The notes beneath the pieces were generated by a model. That model saw only the letters and a program-made list of their open reading frames with translations. It had not been told where the DNA came from and did no database searches. Positions 14,194-26,764 of a stretch of 64,000 bases of DNA are shown here, in pieces. Numbering within the stretch: position 1 is the stretch's first letter; every line of letters begins with the position of its first letter. Location: NCBI GenBank assembly GCA_051362555.1, contig CM120641.1:19344001-19408000 (forward strand), written 5' to 3'. Source of the stretch: Lingula anatina (taxonomy: Eukaryota > Animalia > Brachiopoda). The translations under genes were made by a program, and so were the position numbers.

Positions 14194-14814
14194 ATAAGGA
14201 AAGAAATCGATTTACAGTTTGTCAAACGTTATATCCCCTCTTTTCCATTAAAAAATTGCGGAGATTGAAATAAAGAATGCTGGCTCTGTAATTTGAGAAA
14301 CATTCTTGGCAGCTTGTCAAAGTTGGGCAAGAAAAGATTGGCAATTGATGTACATCTTATGAACAGGTATGCTGTGCGTAAAAAAAATCACCAGGATTAG
14401 TAGTTTTAAACACACCCAAACACGAATGTCGCACTGGGTTTTTTATTTGATTGTAAGAGATGGGGTACAGTATGCGATCACCTCCCCTCACTAAAATAAC
14501 CACTTAGGTACTAGGGATTAAACAGTGGAATATTAAGTGATAAGGAAATTTTATCACACACACACACACACACAAAAATAGAATTTAGTATAAACGCTTT
14601 ATCTATGTACAAGCCACATTGATCTAACCAATCATTTTTATCATTTGGTATTAAATGACAGTGACTTGCAATTGCTACAAATATTTGTCTTATAGAAAAA
14701 TAGCATAAACGTTTGTTCATCATATTATAGGATATCATCTAGTCAAGAAAAAATATTGCAGAGTATTGACCTATACGTCAATATCTTTTCTAATCGAAGA
14801 TTAACGTTCCTTTC

Positions 14815-14865
14815 ACGCACGCACACACGCATTTGCGCACGCGTACACACACGCGCGCGCGCGCG

Positions 14866-14931
<66 letters not shown>
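14815..14931. repeat. Compound microsatellite (CA)n/(CG)n/(CA)n/(GA)n
   Basis: Directly visible. It lies downstream of, or in the 3' UTR of, the homeobox gene. Confidence 0.92.
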
Positions 14932-14934
<3 letters not shown>

Positions 14935-15371
14935 GGAAAACACGAACCGAAAAACATCTGCAAATTGGTATCGCAGATAACATGTTCTATGCCAATTATT
15001 AATAATTGTGAATTATCCGCACAACACAAAAAATCATAACGTTAAGCAATAACAATTGTTTAAATTAAAAGGCTAAAGCTATGATACATTTATAAAAATA
15101 TCAAATTATTTTCAAAACAAAGAAACGAATATCGTGAAATAATGTACACTGATTGCACGTCTTCAGAGTTTCTGCTAAGCAGAGAAGAAACGGAAATCAA
15201 ATTCCCTACAATGATCAGGTCGCGCTGACATTTATTTCTTGATTAGGGTTACTGCGCGTCTCTTCCCAATCGTTTTGTTACTATGAGAACAAAATTTTCC
15301 AGTTTATAAATACGCATCATCCCCAAGTAAGCCTAGCCTACATATCCCAGCCATAGAGTAAAACAAGTCGA

Positions 15372-17496
15372 TCATTCTCGTAGAACCCATGGTAATACTG
15401 CCGATGAGTGAATGTTTGTCGGGTAAGCAAGTGGAGAAGTTAAAGTGGCCGCCAAGGGAGCGGGAAGCCCGGCAAACGACACAGGAGAGAAAGCCGACGT
15501 CCCGAAGTGAATTGCGTGCGAGAACTGAGCCACGGCACTTGGTTTGGGTGGTATTGGCCCCAGCCACGGAAAGTTGATGATATTGGTGGACGTTGAGGTT
15601 GAACCGTTGGTACTGCGCTGAGATGCCACGGAAGGGGGCGGGGACACTGTGTTCCCGTTAGTTTGATCCCTATCTCGCCTCTCCCGCGCACGGCGGTTTT
15701 GAAACCAGATTTTGACCTGAAAAGTATAATATTCAATATGTTTATACAAATCTGATTCCACGATATTAAATGTAACGAGAGAAAGAGACCGTTTGACTCG
15801 ATTCATCGTTCCAATATTTAGTTTCTATCAATGTATTAATGCAAGACAACAAAAAAGATTCTCGTGCCACTTGCATTTTAGTATAATATTGTACCTTTTG
15901 TTTTGTTTTGAATTTAGCATCACCAATATTTTTGTGTCATAATGCGCCGATTTGAAAATGAATACCCATTAACCATCAGTGGGTTATTTTCACTCTTTGC
16001 AGAATCTACCATTACTGAGTATAAATATTACACAATGACACTTAGATCCACCATTTGTTTCAGTTTTGCGACTTGTTTTTCCATCCACAATAAAAAGAAA
16101 TATGCATATACATGTATATAGACAAACGACGCGCTTCACTGTATTCCCGATTAACAGACTTGAGTGCTTTGACTAAATGACTAGATATTGGAGAAAATGG
16201 GTACATTTCTTCCGGCTGACACCTCCAGTATATGAAACTAATGTGCATAAAATTGGCTCTAAGTTTGCATAAACAAGCTGCGTCGCGTGTGTGAATCCAA
16301 CGTGTTGCACGTGCTGTTACCGATTAATAGCCACACGCTTTATTAAGCTACATCGGTCCTCCCACCGCGCCAAGGCCTAATTAATTGGACTCTAAGAAAA
16401 GAAATCAGCGCGAAATCATAATCTGTTAGTTTTATTAAAAGGGTATCACATGCAGCAACAGAAGGGCTATCATTTGGGACTCATTTGCTAGGAAGAATGT
16501 GTGTGTGAAAATTAAACATATTACTCCTCTACAATCAGAATTCCCACGCCATGTAAAATTTCGAAAGTATTGCAATCTGAACAAAACGTCAATCAAGTTC
16601 GGACAAATACACGAATAAACGAATAACCTTTTTCAGTACGGTTTTGATAAATACGATACAAACAGTTGATATTTCCTCAAGCCTAGACAAGAGGAGTAAA
16701 TTAGTGTGTAAATTAATTATTTGTCTTTAAAAAGAATTTTGAAGAAAAATGAGAATATTTCCTGCACAACCAAAACCTGCTTTCTGTGTGCTTACAATTT
16801 TCCATTAGATTATTGGGAAATCACAACCTCGTCTCTCGTTATCTTATTTACGAGAAAGATGATCTGACATGCGCCATATGGTTCGTATAGCGGTTATTCG
16901 TAGTTAATGGAAAAAAGTCTTATCGTTTCGCTTAATACAAAGCGTACGTTAGCCGCGTGACTTAAAAGGGAAAAAATCAAACTGTTATTTCAAACTCAAG
17001 CAAATACGAATGCTGAGAAATGTTTACTTTATAATAAGAGAGTAACACTTGAGCTATTTTATGTAATATTACTTTAGATGTAATATCTAGTCACATACGT
17101 GAAACGCGGTAACATTATGCATTTAAAAATGATAATTAAAAATAAAATGTGGTGGTTATTCACTATATCAAAATTTGCATGACTCGTTGTTTGTGGGAAT
17201 TAACAACCATTGGCATTACATACTTATTTGATAGGAAGCCTCTAATTATAGCATGATAATGTTCCTTTATCATATTTGAAGACTATAAAAGTAATATCAT
17301 TTAATAACACAATGCTGACAGTGCGGTTATTGAAAACAGACATGCAAAAGACTAAAGAAATAAAAACGTGGTCAATATCTTAACTACAATGAAAATAATA
17401 CAATTTTCTATATAGAACTGCTTATGACCTAAAAATATGAAACTAAATTAACAAAAAAAAAAAAAACAAACTTTCCAGTAAAAAAAAAAAAAAAAT

Positions 17497-17543
<47 letters not shown>

Positions 17544-17796
17544 TAAAAACAGAATGATACATTAAAAAACAATAACTTCACGACGCTGGACTTTTAAATA
17601 CATGGCACTTATTTCATCACCTTAATGTAAATGTTTGCAGCTCTTGAGAATTAAAAGATGTCTATAATTCAATTACTGCCATTTCAGTGTGATCGCTCTC
17701 AAACAGCGGTTAAATGTAGTTATGACTTTTGTAATATTATTAAGCCATCTTATATGCAAGTTCCGTAATTCTGAAGTCGACAATATTGCACCTTGA

Positions 17797-17836
<40 letters not shown>

Positions 17837-19123
17837 GTAATAATAAAAGGCTTTGCCCAATGCCTTACCCTAGTCTCGGTGAGGTTTAATGCTGCGGACA
17901 ACTCAGCCACGTCCACACTGCTCAGGTAATGTGTGCGTCGAAACTTCTCTTCGAGGGTTTTCACCTGGTGCTGCGTAAACGGCACCCGAGGATTACGTCC
18001 CAGCTTCCTTTTCTTTACGCCATCTTTTCTTTTCAATCCTAATGGAATATAAGTGAATCTTTTTAAGTTTTTAAAAACCAAACCTGACATTTTTATTCTA
18101 AAAAAAAATAAGAAGCAAATAATGTAATACATATTACGCCTTTGATTAAATTAATAATTCGGCAATTTATTTTTAATGGGTATAACTTGCCGGTATATAA
18201 AGCATTATACTTATATTCGTTTATACATATGTATACCGTTATGCGTGATATTTCAACTGTTAAGTTTGAGGATAATTTTCAGGGTTTTATCAATAATAAT
18301 GCCCGACAACCTGCATATAATATTTCTCTTTTATTACTACTATAACCACCAATACACTAGAAAAAGTAATAATTAATTTTAGATTTTGAAAAAAAAGGTC
18401 AAAATCCAGTGTTTTCGAAGTCGCTGACAAAGTAGAGTTTTAAGACATGCATGCTGTACACTATTCATTGGATGTATTAAAAATATGGCAGCAAATTAAA
18501 TAATATTAAAAACACGTTGTTAATTGAATATCTTACTTACTTGGCAGTTTGGGGGGTTTATACCTGGTGCACTGCAACCACGAGAAATGTGACAACTGCT
18601 CGTCACTGTCCAGAGTGAACTTATCAAGTGTTCCTGAAACATTACTTTTCTCTTCACTGTCATTATCCATTCCCCGGGAATTTTCGTTTGTTGGTTTCCA
18701 ATCACTTCCCCTGCATTTTCCTTCCTTTCTACCCAGTATCTCTTCAATAGAGAATTTAGTAAGCGAGTGCCCGCTGGTGTTAGTCGGTGTACTGTGAAAT
18801 AATTGTCCAAGTGTCAAAGTGTGCCCCGACTGTACCATTGGGTTCTTGTGTGTTATTACGGGAGATGGCGACCGTGACTCTTCCAAATGTTCTCTGTTGG
18901 TAGAGGACTGCGGCCCTCCCAACGTGGATGATTCATTTTCACCACCTTCTGTCGTAGGACTAGGCACCGGAGACTCGGGATTTAGCTTTTCTGTTGCGTA
19001 TGCTTTTGAAGATCTACTGTTTGCTACAGAAAAGAAGGCGGGGTGAAGACCTTGAATGCTGAAACTACTGACCGATGGAGCCACAGCCAGCCGCGGGTAT
19101 TTCGCACTTGTCGTTGCCATCAT
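15372..19123 (-). CDS. Msxlx: NK/ANTP-class homeobox protein, Msx-like (Msxlx family), 3 coding exons
   Basis: Exons 19123-18541, 18038-17869 and 15716-15372 have GT-AG sites and consistent phases. The spliced homeodomain is GRNPRVPFTQHQVKTLEEKFRRTHYLSSVDVAELSAALNLTETR|VKIWFQNRRARERRD, with an intron between codons 44 and 45. An EH1-like FSIEEIL and a WLQCTRYKPPKLPR motif lie upstream. The homeobox call is certain; the Msxlx subfamily call is from recollection of the PRVPFT/RRARERR signature. Confidence 0.88.
17797..17844. repeat. (AAT)n microsatellite in homeobox intron 2
   Basis: Directly visible. A (TA)n run also lies at ~17499-17541. Confidence 0.9.
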
Positions 19124-19148
19124 GATAATTAACCTTGAAAAATCTACA

Positions 19149-19236
19149 CCAGTCTGAAGGCCAGTGTGTTTGTCATCCCTTATATACCGTGGGTTGAAAC
19201 TTTAGCTTTGTTAGGAACATCAGAGCGCGCATGCGC
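19149..19236 (-). promoter_or_regulatory. Putative core promoter of the homeobox gene (TATA box, Inr-like site, NRF1-type palindrome)
   Basis: TATATAA on the minus strand at 19180-19186. TTCAGAC Inr-like site ~30 bp downstream (~19152-19158). GCGCATGCGC at 19227-19236. ATG at 19123. Confidence 0.5.
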
Positions 19237-22200
19237 TAATACATGTTCACTTGTTAGGGTCTATGTGCTTGCATTTTTATGTAAAAGATTTTTATTTGAT
19301 AATTTAGATAATTTAGGCTGATAAAAAAAACACATGGAATATTTTTCATTATGTAAATTTTCGTTGAATTTCTCATTTATTGCATTTTGTTTGGGTTCCT
19401 CAAGCCATATATGTCGTTTTTTGTGTCTTCTTTTTAACTACAGAGTTGAAAAACACGTTTAAGTCGTCAAACAATATTTCAAGGAGCTTTTATGCTGTCA
19501 GTCGTCTTTAATGTGTCAAATTACAGAGGAGCCACCATAGACGACTGATAACAAAACGGCTAACAGGGTCTATCTGCGATGAGGGTATTGTGAAAGATAT
19601 GTATTCGACCCATTTGTGACTGTTTGTCCCTGAGCTGATTGAAACTTTGAAATTAATTTGTATAAAATGTCTCAATAATTTCGGTAAAATTGGTTTCTCT
19701 GACATGATGTATGCGACACACTGAAGATGGGTGGCGTCATTTCGATTCTATGGGAAGAAGTCCCATTATTGTAGCTAATAACTTAAACGGAGACTTAACC
19801 GGCAGATTAGGATCAGCGTTTGAAATGCACTGCAGCATAGCGAAACGTCAGAAAATGACAGTCGGAGAAGTGAACAATGGAGAGACGCACAAATATGGTG
19901 GACATGTGATTTTTATTCGACCATTAATTTACAGAAATGTTGCTAATTTTTGAGGTCACGCTCTTTCTTTTATTCAAATGTCCCTAATGACGTCTAAAAA
20001 TACCATAAAGCATTTTGTTTGATAACCAATTTTGTTTTGCGTAGTACTCACCTCAGATAAACTAAGGTGTTTTTTTTTCTTTTCAACAACAAATGTTGTC
20101 AGGTTAGAGGGTTTAGTTTGGCTTGGGTCGCAACAGAAATAAGACGTGCAAAATATTCTCAACAAATGAGAGTTGAATTTGAATAACAGAATGACTGAAA
20201 TAAGCGTTGGATTTGTAGATGGATCTCTATTGTAATCAAATACACCGGCGCAGCAGTGATTATGTACAATCAATACAAATACTAGGATATTACTAGCTAA
20301 TGAGGCCTGGGTATGTGAGTGTGTATGTGTGTGTGTGTGTGTTCCCGCCCCGTTACCTAGCCTGGTTAGGTCTGTTTTATGTCATTCCCCCCGAGATCGT
20401 TATCTCCTCTTCAACTCAGCGCTGCCACCACTTCTACCTGCAATATCTTTTCCATTTTCAATCAGACCGTGTCTCACCTTTAGTGCACTTTTCGATGACA
20501 GCGCCCAGACTTAGCCACTCGGGCTGCTAATCTTGAAATTAAAAGCTCTTAGCATTCTAAACAGCGCGCTAAATGCTTGGGGAGAAACTCCGATCGAAGC
20601 GCATGTCGATTAATTCACGGGGAAATTAATTAATTTTCGAGATTTTTTTAATATCGAGATGGGTTATTAGGACTGCCTTAAAGAGCTATTTATTTGCCAT
20701 TATGAGGTGCGTTGAAGGAATTAAGTCTGACGGGAACCGGATCCAAGTTACTGTACTGCTCATTTCTCTGACAGTCTGGCTGCAGCTATCACAATGGCAG
20801 CTTGTACGTCTATCTAAAACAGTGAGAAATCTTTAGTGTCGTGGTTTGAGACGATTTTTATTTGATTTATCTGTGTTACTTCTATACTACCGATTATCTA
20901 CATATGTGAAAATAATAAAAAAATAAAATAAAATAGGATCGCTCAGTTTTGACATGTACTAGGCCAAAAATAATCAGATTCTTCGAAATTTCGTTAAATC
21001 ATGTAAAAAGGAATTATAGTCGGCTGAATGTGACACGATTTCTTTTGCGTTTCCCTGTAATGCACCACTATTATAGTACTTATGTATATTTTGTCTTTCT
21101 CGCATAAAAACGTCGTATAGTTTCAGTTATGGTACTCTCTCAGTGGAAGAAGCATTGGGTACTTGGAAATGAGAATTTATCGTGTGATCCACTTTTTTAT
21201 GTTATTAATAGGCGCAAACGGAAAATCTGCCCTAGTTGAAATTTCAATCTTTGCGTTTTCTCTTCATTACTATAATTGACAGTTGTGTAGATGCGTAAGG
21301 TTTATGACAATATGAGTATGGTTTCGTGATAAAACTGAACAATTCTGTTATATGTCAATATATAGCCAGAGTGAATCAAACAATAGCTTATAGCACAATT
21401 CGAGCAGAAATAAAACCTCGCTTGCTGTGTTACTTAAGTTGTTAATGGGTTCCCGAAGGTTTGCTACACCTGAGGTCCGCGTTCATAAACTTGATGAGAA
21501 AGGCAGCCACAAAACACCGCCACACAATGCGTGCTCGTCTGGCAAAGTATGATGACGTACAAATTACTGACTCAATCTGGCAGTGAGCAGCCGATCCCAG
21601 GAAGATTTCTATAACGGTGATAAATATTGGTTAGGAATTTTATTAGACATTACGTTGCCGGATTACATATCGCCAGGTCAAAATAATTACGGCTATGGGT
21701 ATATTTCCTTTAATAATGGCATCGGTTGTTGCTTTTAACAAGATTAAAAACTCGCAAATAGACTGGCAAATTGCAATAAGAAAATCGTAGTTCAATGATA
21801 AAATAGCCAACGTGTGTATCTAGCACGCGCGCTAGGCAAAGCCTCGATAATCACTCACCTGGATTAATTTCACTTTAATGAACCAAAACCTCATTATATT
21901 AGTGGTAAATCAGCAAAAACTTGACATCATAGTTCTTTTAGTGGTGTTTTTAGTGATATTACACCCGCGCGATATTTTTTTACCTTTTTCACCAAGGTAA
22001 ATTTTATTGGTGTAATGATCTCGTTTTTTTTTTTTTTTTTTTTTTTTACGAATCGTGTGAACCAGATGATACGTAGAAACAGGCATTTACCAAATCACTA
22101 CCACCATCGTGGGTAATGTCAAGGGGCTAGTTGGGAACAAGACAAGCCGCCAGCTGCGCCGGTCTAATAGAATTGTAATTAAAGAAAGGCGCTCCTGCTC

Positions 22201-25200
22201 ATTGCACATTCATTATCTTCGTTATTCTATTTTCCTAACTGCCTAAATACTCATTCAGCCAACACCTTTTCAGTAATATCACTCTCTCGTTTAATTAGAC
22301 CACCTCTTGTTTGTTCTAATTAACTTGCTTAACCTCCTTATTTCTCGTTCTTTAACAGGTGAGTGCTAGCTAGTTAGCAATTGTTCCGCTTATCAACTTT
22401 CCTTGTTTATGTCAATACTCCTCCAGCGTTAATCAGCGTGTTACCGTTATGTAAATGTACGCCACGCTAACATCAGCGCTGTCAATGCGGAGCCGTCACA
22501 TTCACAAACCAAGGGTGAACGGATATGGTGAAAAAAAATGGACTCTTATTAGAAGCATGCGTTTCACTTTTGATTATACTCTAACTCTTTCAAGGGTTTG
22601 CAGATTTTGCTTTAGGGATAATATGCCATCTAAAATGGAACCGACATGCGTTCACACCTACGTTTACAAATCAGAAGGGAAAGCTCAGGCGAAAAATATC
22701 ATGAATATGGCCTTGGAATAATGACCAGTTTTAAGATATTTTTGGGTTATTTTTCAAAATTTTCCACAGACGACAAAGAATGATATGAAACAAGCGGGTT
22801 TTCATGGCTGCAACTAATTGGCACATATAATACAGTGGCCTGATATGCAAAAGATGAAGTGTTATCAGTGAGCGACTATTGTTATTTTTACGACTTGACT
22901 AATATAATTTCTCTAAATAGCCAAAATGATGAAAGTGCTTTTTAAATTAGTCTGTTAAATCCATTGTGAACAGTATGGTATTTGAGACTTCATTAATAAA
23001 AGTACAATATGCAAGACGTTTATTTATAGCTTGTATGTAGTTTTTTTTATTCATATTAGGATAATGAACATTTCTCTCAATTCTAGACTTTTTTCAAAAA
23101 TGCATCTAAATGTCTGCCTGCGGCGTAACACGAATAAAACATGGTTTCTCCCTTTGTCCCTTAAATCAGATATTGGTTAGGATGGATTTCAGGTGTTTAC
23201 GTCTCTTTAATTTGCAAATTGAAAAGACGATGCCCTTCACAAATGTTCGACGGAAAGAAAAGAAAAACAGTGATTTCGTGCTCTATTAAATTATATGCCT
23301 CTTTCCCTTCCTGAGCACAACCCGATCTTCCGCTGAACAGAAAATACGAGAACATTAAAAAGGGAACTTAACAATGCATCTAATTAAGCAAAACGAATGT
23401 ATTAGCGCACCAAGAGGGATTCGAATTACAGACACGAACATGAAAACGCACGACTTCTTGCAGAATGCAGTCCTCTGTTGGGAGAGTTTGCGATTGGCGT
23501 TGTCATCGGACGCAGCCGTAGGAGGTAGAATAAGGGTCCGAGGCCATACAGTTTGACAATACTTTTAAATGAAGACATCCATGCTGCATGTGCACGATGT
23601 CACAGACAAAATGACGATCGGCAAATATTCTTAAAATCTTTCCTCAATCAAGTGAATAATAAAACTCATTTGCGACTGAGGTAATAAGGAGCATTAAGGG
23701 CATAAAATGCATTTATCGACTGCTTCTTGTCTTTTTTTACTGCCTCTGATCTACTGCTGTCCTTTTCGCTCTTGACATTAATTGAACATGCCATTATATT
23801 CTTTGACAAGGTTTGCAGGCAACCCTTTAATCTTTATAACAGCAATTTTGTGCACTCTTGTTATCCTACATATTTTGTTACTTTGCTTCTTTCTATTGTT
23901 ATTCTTCTTCCCTTAATTGTGGGACAACGGGTGCTTTAAATTAATAAAACTAATGGAGAACATAGCTGGTGAGCTCAAAATGAAATACAGGCATTGAACT
24001 TTCGCGAAGCCATTACTGATTTGTCGTCATAAAAATGTGCTCTCTTTAATTAAAATATCCTCGTTGTTTTCCCAATCACGATAATGCCGAATAACTGTCT
24101 TTAGAATAGTGTGGAATAAATAGTATTTTCTGATTAATATAGTTACTTGTTGGAAAACCTGAAAATGAAGTAGTATTTTACACAAGAGGTTCTGGATAAT
24201 CCGACCGCAGCGGAATTAAACGCTTCATTTCACCCAGAGAAACGCAAGTATTGACAAAAAAAGTTAAATTAGACGGAGATGCGCGTCAGGTCTGTTGCAA
24301 TCACGTCATTGGGACGGTGTGATATGATTACTTTCCATGAGTATCTGTTCATTTCACACTGGTTTCAATAATGACAAAATATAATTGCTATGTAAACTGC
24401 TTTTATATGACAGGCACTGATTAAGCAATAGTTGGTATTGGCCTGTGAATTTTCCAGCGATTTTCAGGCGCTCCACTAAAATGTAAATGTCACTGGCCGC
24501 GAGAGCAGGTAATTTATGTTCCTAATTTTGACACGACTTCAATCCCAGCTGGTGACTTATCTTTAGATATAGTGCCCAGGTTGGACAATGAAAGGGAACA
24601 TTAAAACATTTCTAACACCTAATCTTATTCCAAGTGATAATTTGAAGGTCCTGAAGGTCCAACATGTTTCATTTCCTGCACTTGTAGTATACTGTGATCA
24701 CTAGCTTTAATATTCCTATTAAACTCAAATTATGATATTAGGTATATTTTACTATATACATATCACGGCTGCCGACGGGCTATGTGGATAATCTGTAGAG
24801 AATAATGGCAGTTTGAAAAGGAGAGGTGCACCAGAGTATTCACAATAAAGTCATCATACCGCCCAGCTAATTGAAAACGTAAACACTAGCCAGCATTGCA
24901 CAGAACGCCGAGGAGCCGAAGTTGTCTCCTTGGCTTTTATCCTTGCCTCGTCGGGCGTATGAAAGGAAGAAGCATGGAGACATTATCAGAGCTCGGAATC
25001 AACGAGGGAAGAATAGGATAGCTTTTAAGCGATGTCGTAGCATAATTTGGTAATGACGCTTATCGTCAGGTGGGTGGATCGGTTTTCGGCTGCTAGTTAA
25101 CGCGGACATCAAAGGTGACAGTTCCCCACGTCGATGTGCAGGCGCCACACAGTAATAACCAAACGCGGGCGCTTCTTACTGTCACCCTTCTAGGGGACAC

Positions 25201-26764
25201 GGTGCGTAGAGGACCGTCTGGCTACTTAAAAATTTCAACAAAAGTTAACATCAAGATTATCCGAGGTTACATATGCAAACTTTTAGCGATCGTCTAGTCT
25301 TTAGCGAGTCTTATTCTTTTTAAGAACCCTCTTCCTTATCATACTATTATAGCCGACCGCACGGTTATTGAGTTTCCATATTATCAATCTGGTGGCCTGG
25401 TCTCCATTACCATGAAATATCAGATAATTTTCATCTAGTGATTTAACATATGGTCGTGCCATGAATAAGTTTAAAAGATACCATTATGCTGTGACAAACG
25501 CAGCGCCTCTGAAACCACATGTGGAAGACCTAACCGCAGAAAGAGCTTGACGGATACTCTAATGAAAAAACGAAAAAAAAAGAAAAAAAATGAAAATCAG
25601 ACGCAGACAGCAATAAGAGAAGGTTCCTGCTTGGCATAAAGATTTTATTAAAAAAAGGAAGAGGGAAAATGAGATAAAAAGTACATAAAATGAAATCAAT
25701 CAAAAAGAATTAAGGGGATGCCTAGGAAAAAAAATCATTTCAGTGAAAAATAAACATCTATTTATATTACTTGAATGGATATGTTAACGAAATTTTGTGA
25801 TTGAAACAATTCACCAACGTGCTTCACACGAAATTAAACAAGACATTAAGAAAGAAGAGCAAGCATGTGATCAAAAATAAATGATAGAAAGTTCTTTGAA
25901 ATCACACCCTAATAATAAATTGATCCACCAATCTGGGTCTAACGCTTTAAATAATCTGTTTCGTTAACTAAAAAAACAAAAAAAGAAAAAAAAAACATCA
26001 TATCTGACGTCACAAAACTGATACTCATAGCAACTTATACTAATCACAATTTATGAGCATCCTAAAAATAACCAATAGTTTCCCATCAATAAACGAACGA
26101 TATTAGCATCTAATTACAATCTACTGGAATCTAATAATAAACGAAAAATTAAAATGGATCACAAAATATTCAAAATTCAATATAAATGTTCAAACGGTAC
26201 TATATACAGCTGGTGCATACGGCAGTTTAGCATCAAGCGGCCCTGCGTTCAGTTTTTCTCGTTTTTACTGGGCCAAGATGGTGCAAGCCAGGATACCGTT
26301 GAACCTGCTGTGCAGACGCATTTAAATTATATCAAACTTAAGTACATCCATCCACACGGTCCTCGTTGATAACTCGTATTACCATATGCTTGTATAATAA
26401 AGATATGTATTTCTTATAGCTGTAAATAAGTTATTACTGTATATTAGTTTTTTATTTATATAAATAGTATATTTAATTTACGGATAATGTACTTTTGCTG
26501 GAGATGCTTTTTGGCAATCGATTGGTTGATCTTGGTAACCTTAGCCCTTTACCAGTATCATAGCCATAAAATTTGCCAAAGGGGCAAATCTAAAAAGAAT
26601 GACACACATTCACAACCAACTGAAGCTGCTCAACCCTGTCATCTCCACCCTTGGTAAAGGCCACGACATTTGTTTTTGTATATTGCACTGTACAACAAGG
26701 AGAGTCCGGATAACTGTGCTGTCGGCGATGCAGGAAAGGAAGTTTGTCTCAGTGGTGCTGGGTA

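Noticed and set aside
14743-15039. ORFs with RARARA/THTHTH/ERERER runs (also IYIYIY ORFs at 11021 and 47035-47372)
   Set aside because: These are translations of microsatellites, apart from the genuine CUB exon portion at 47019-47260.
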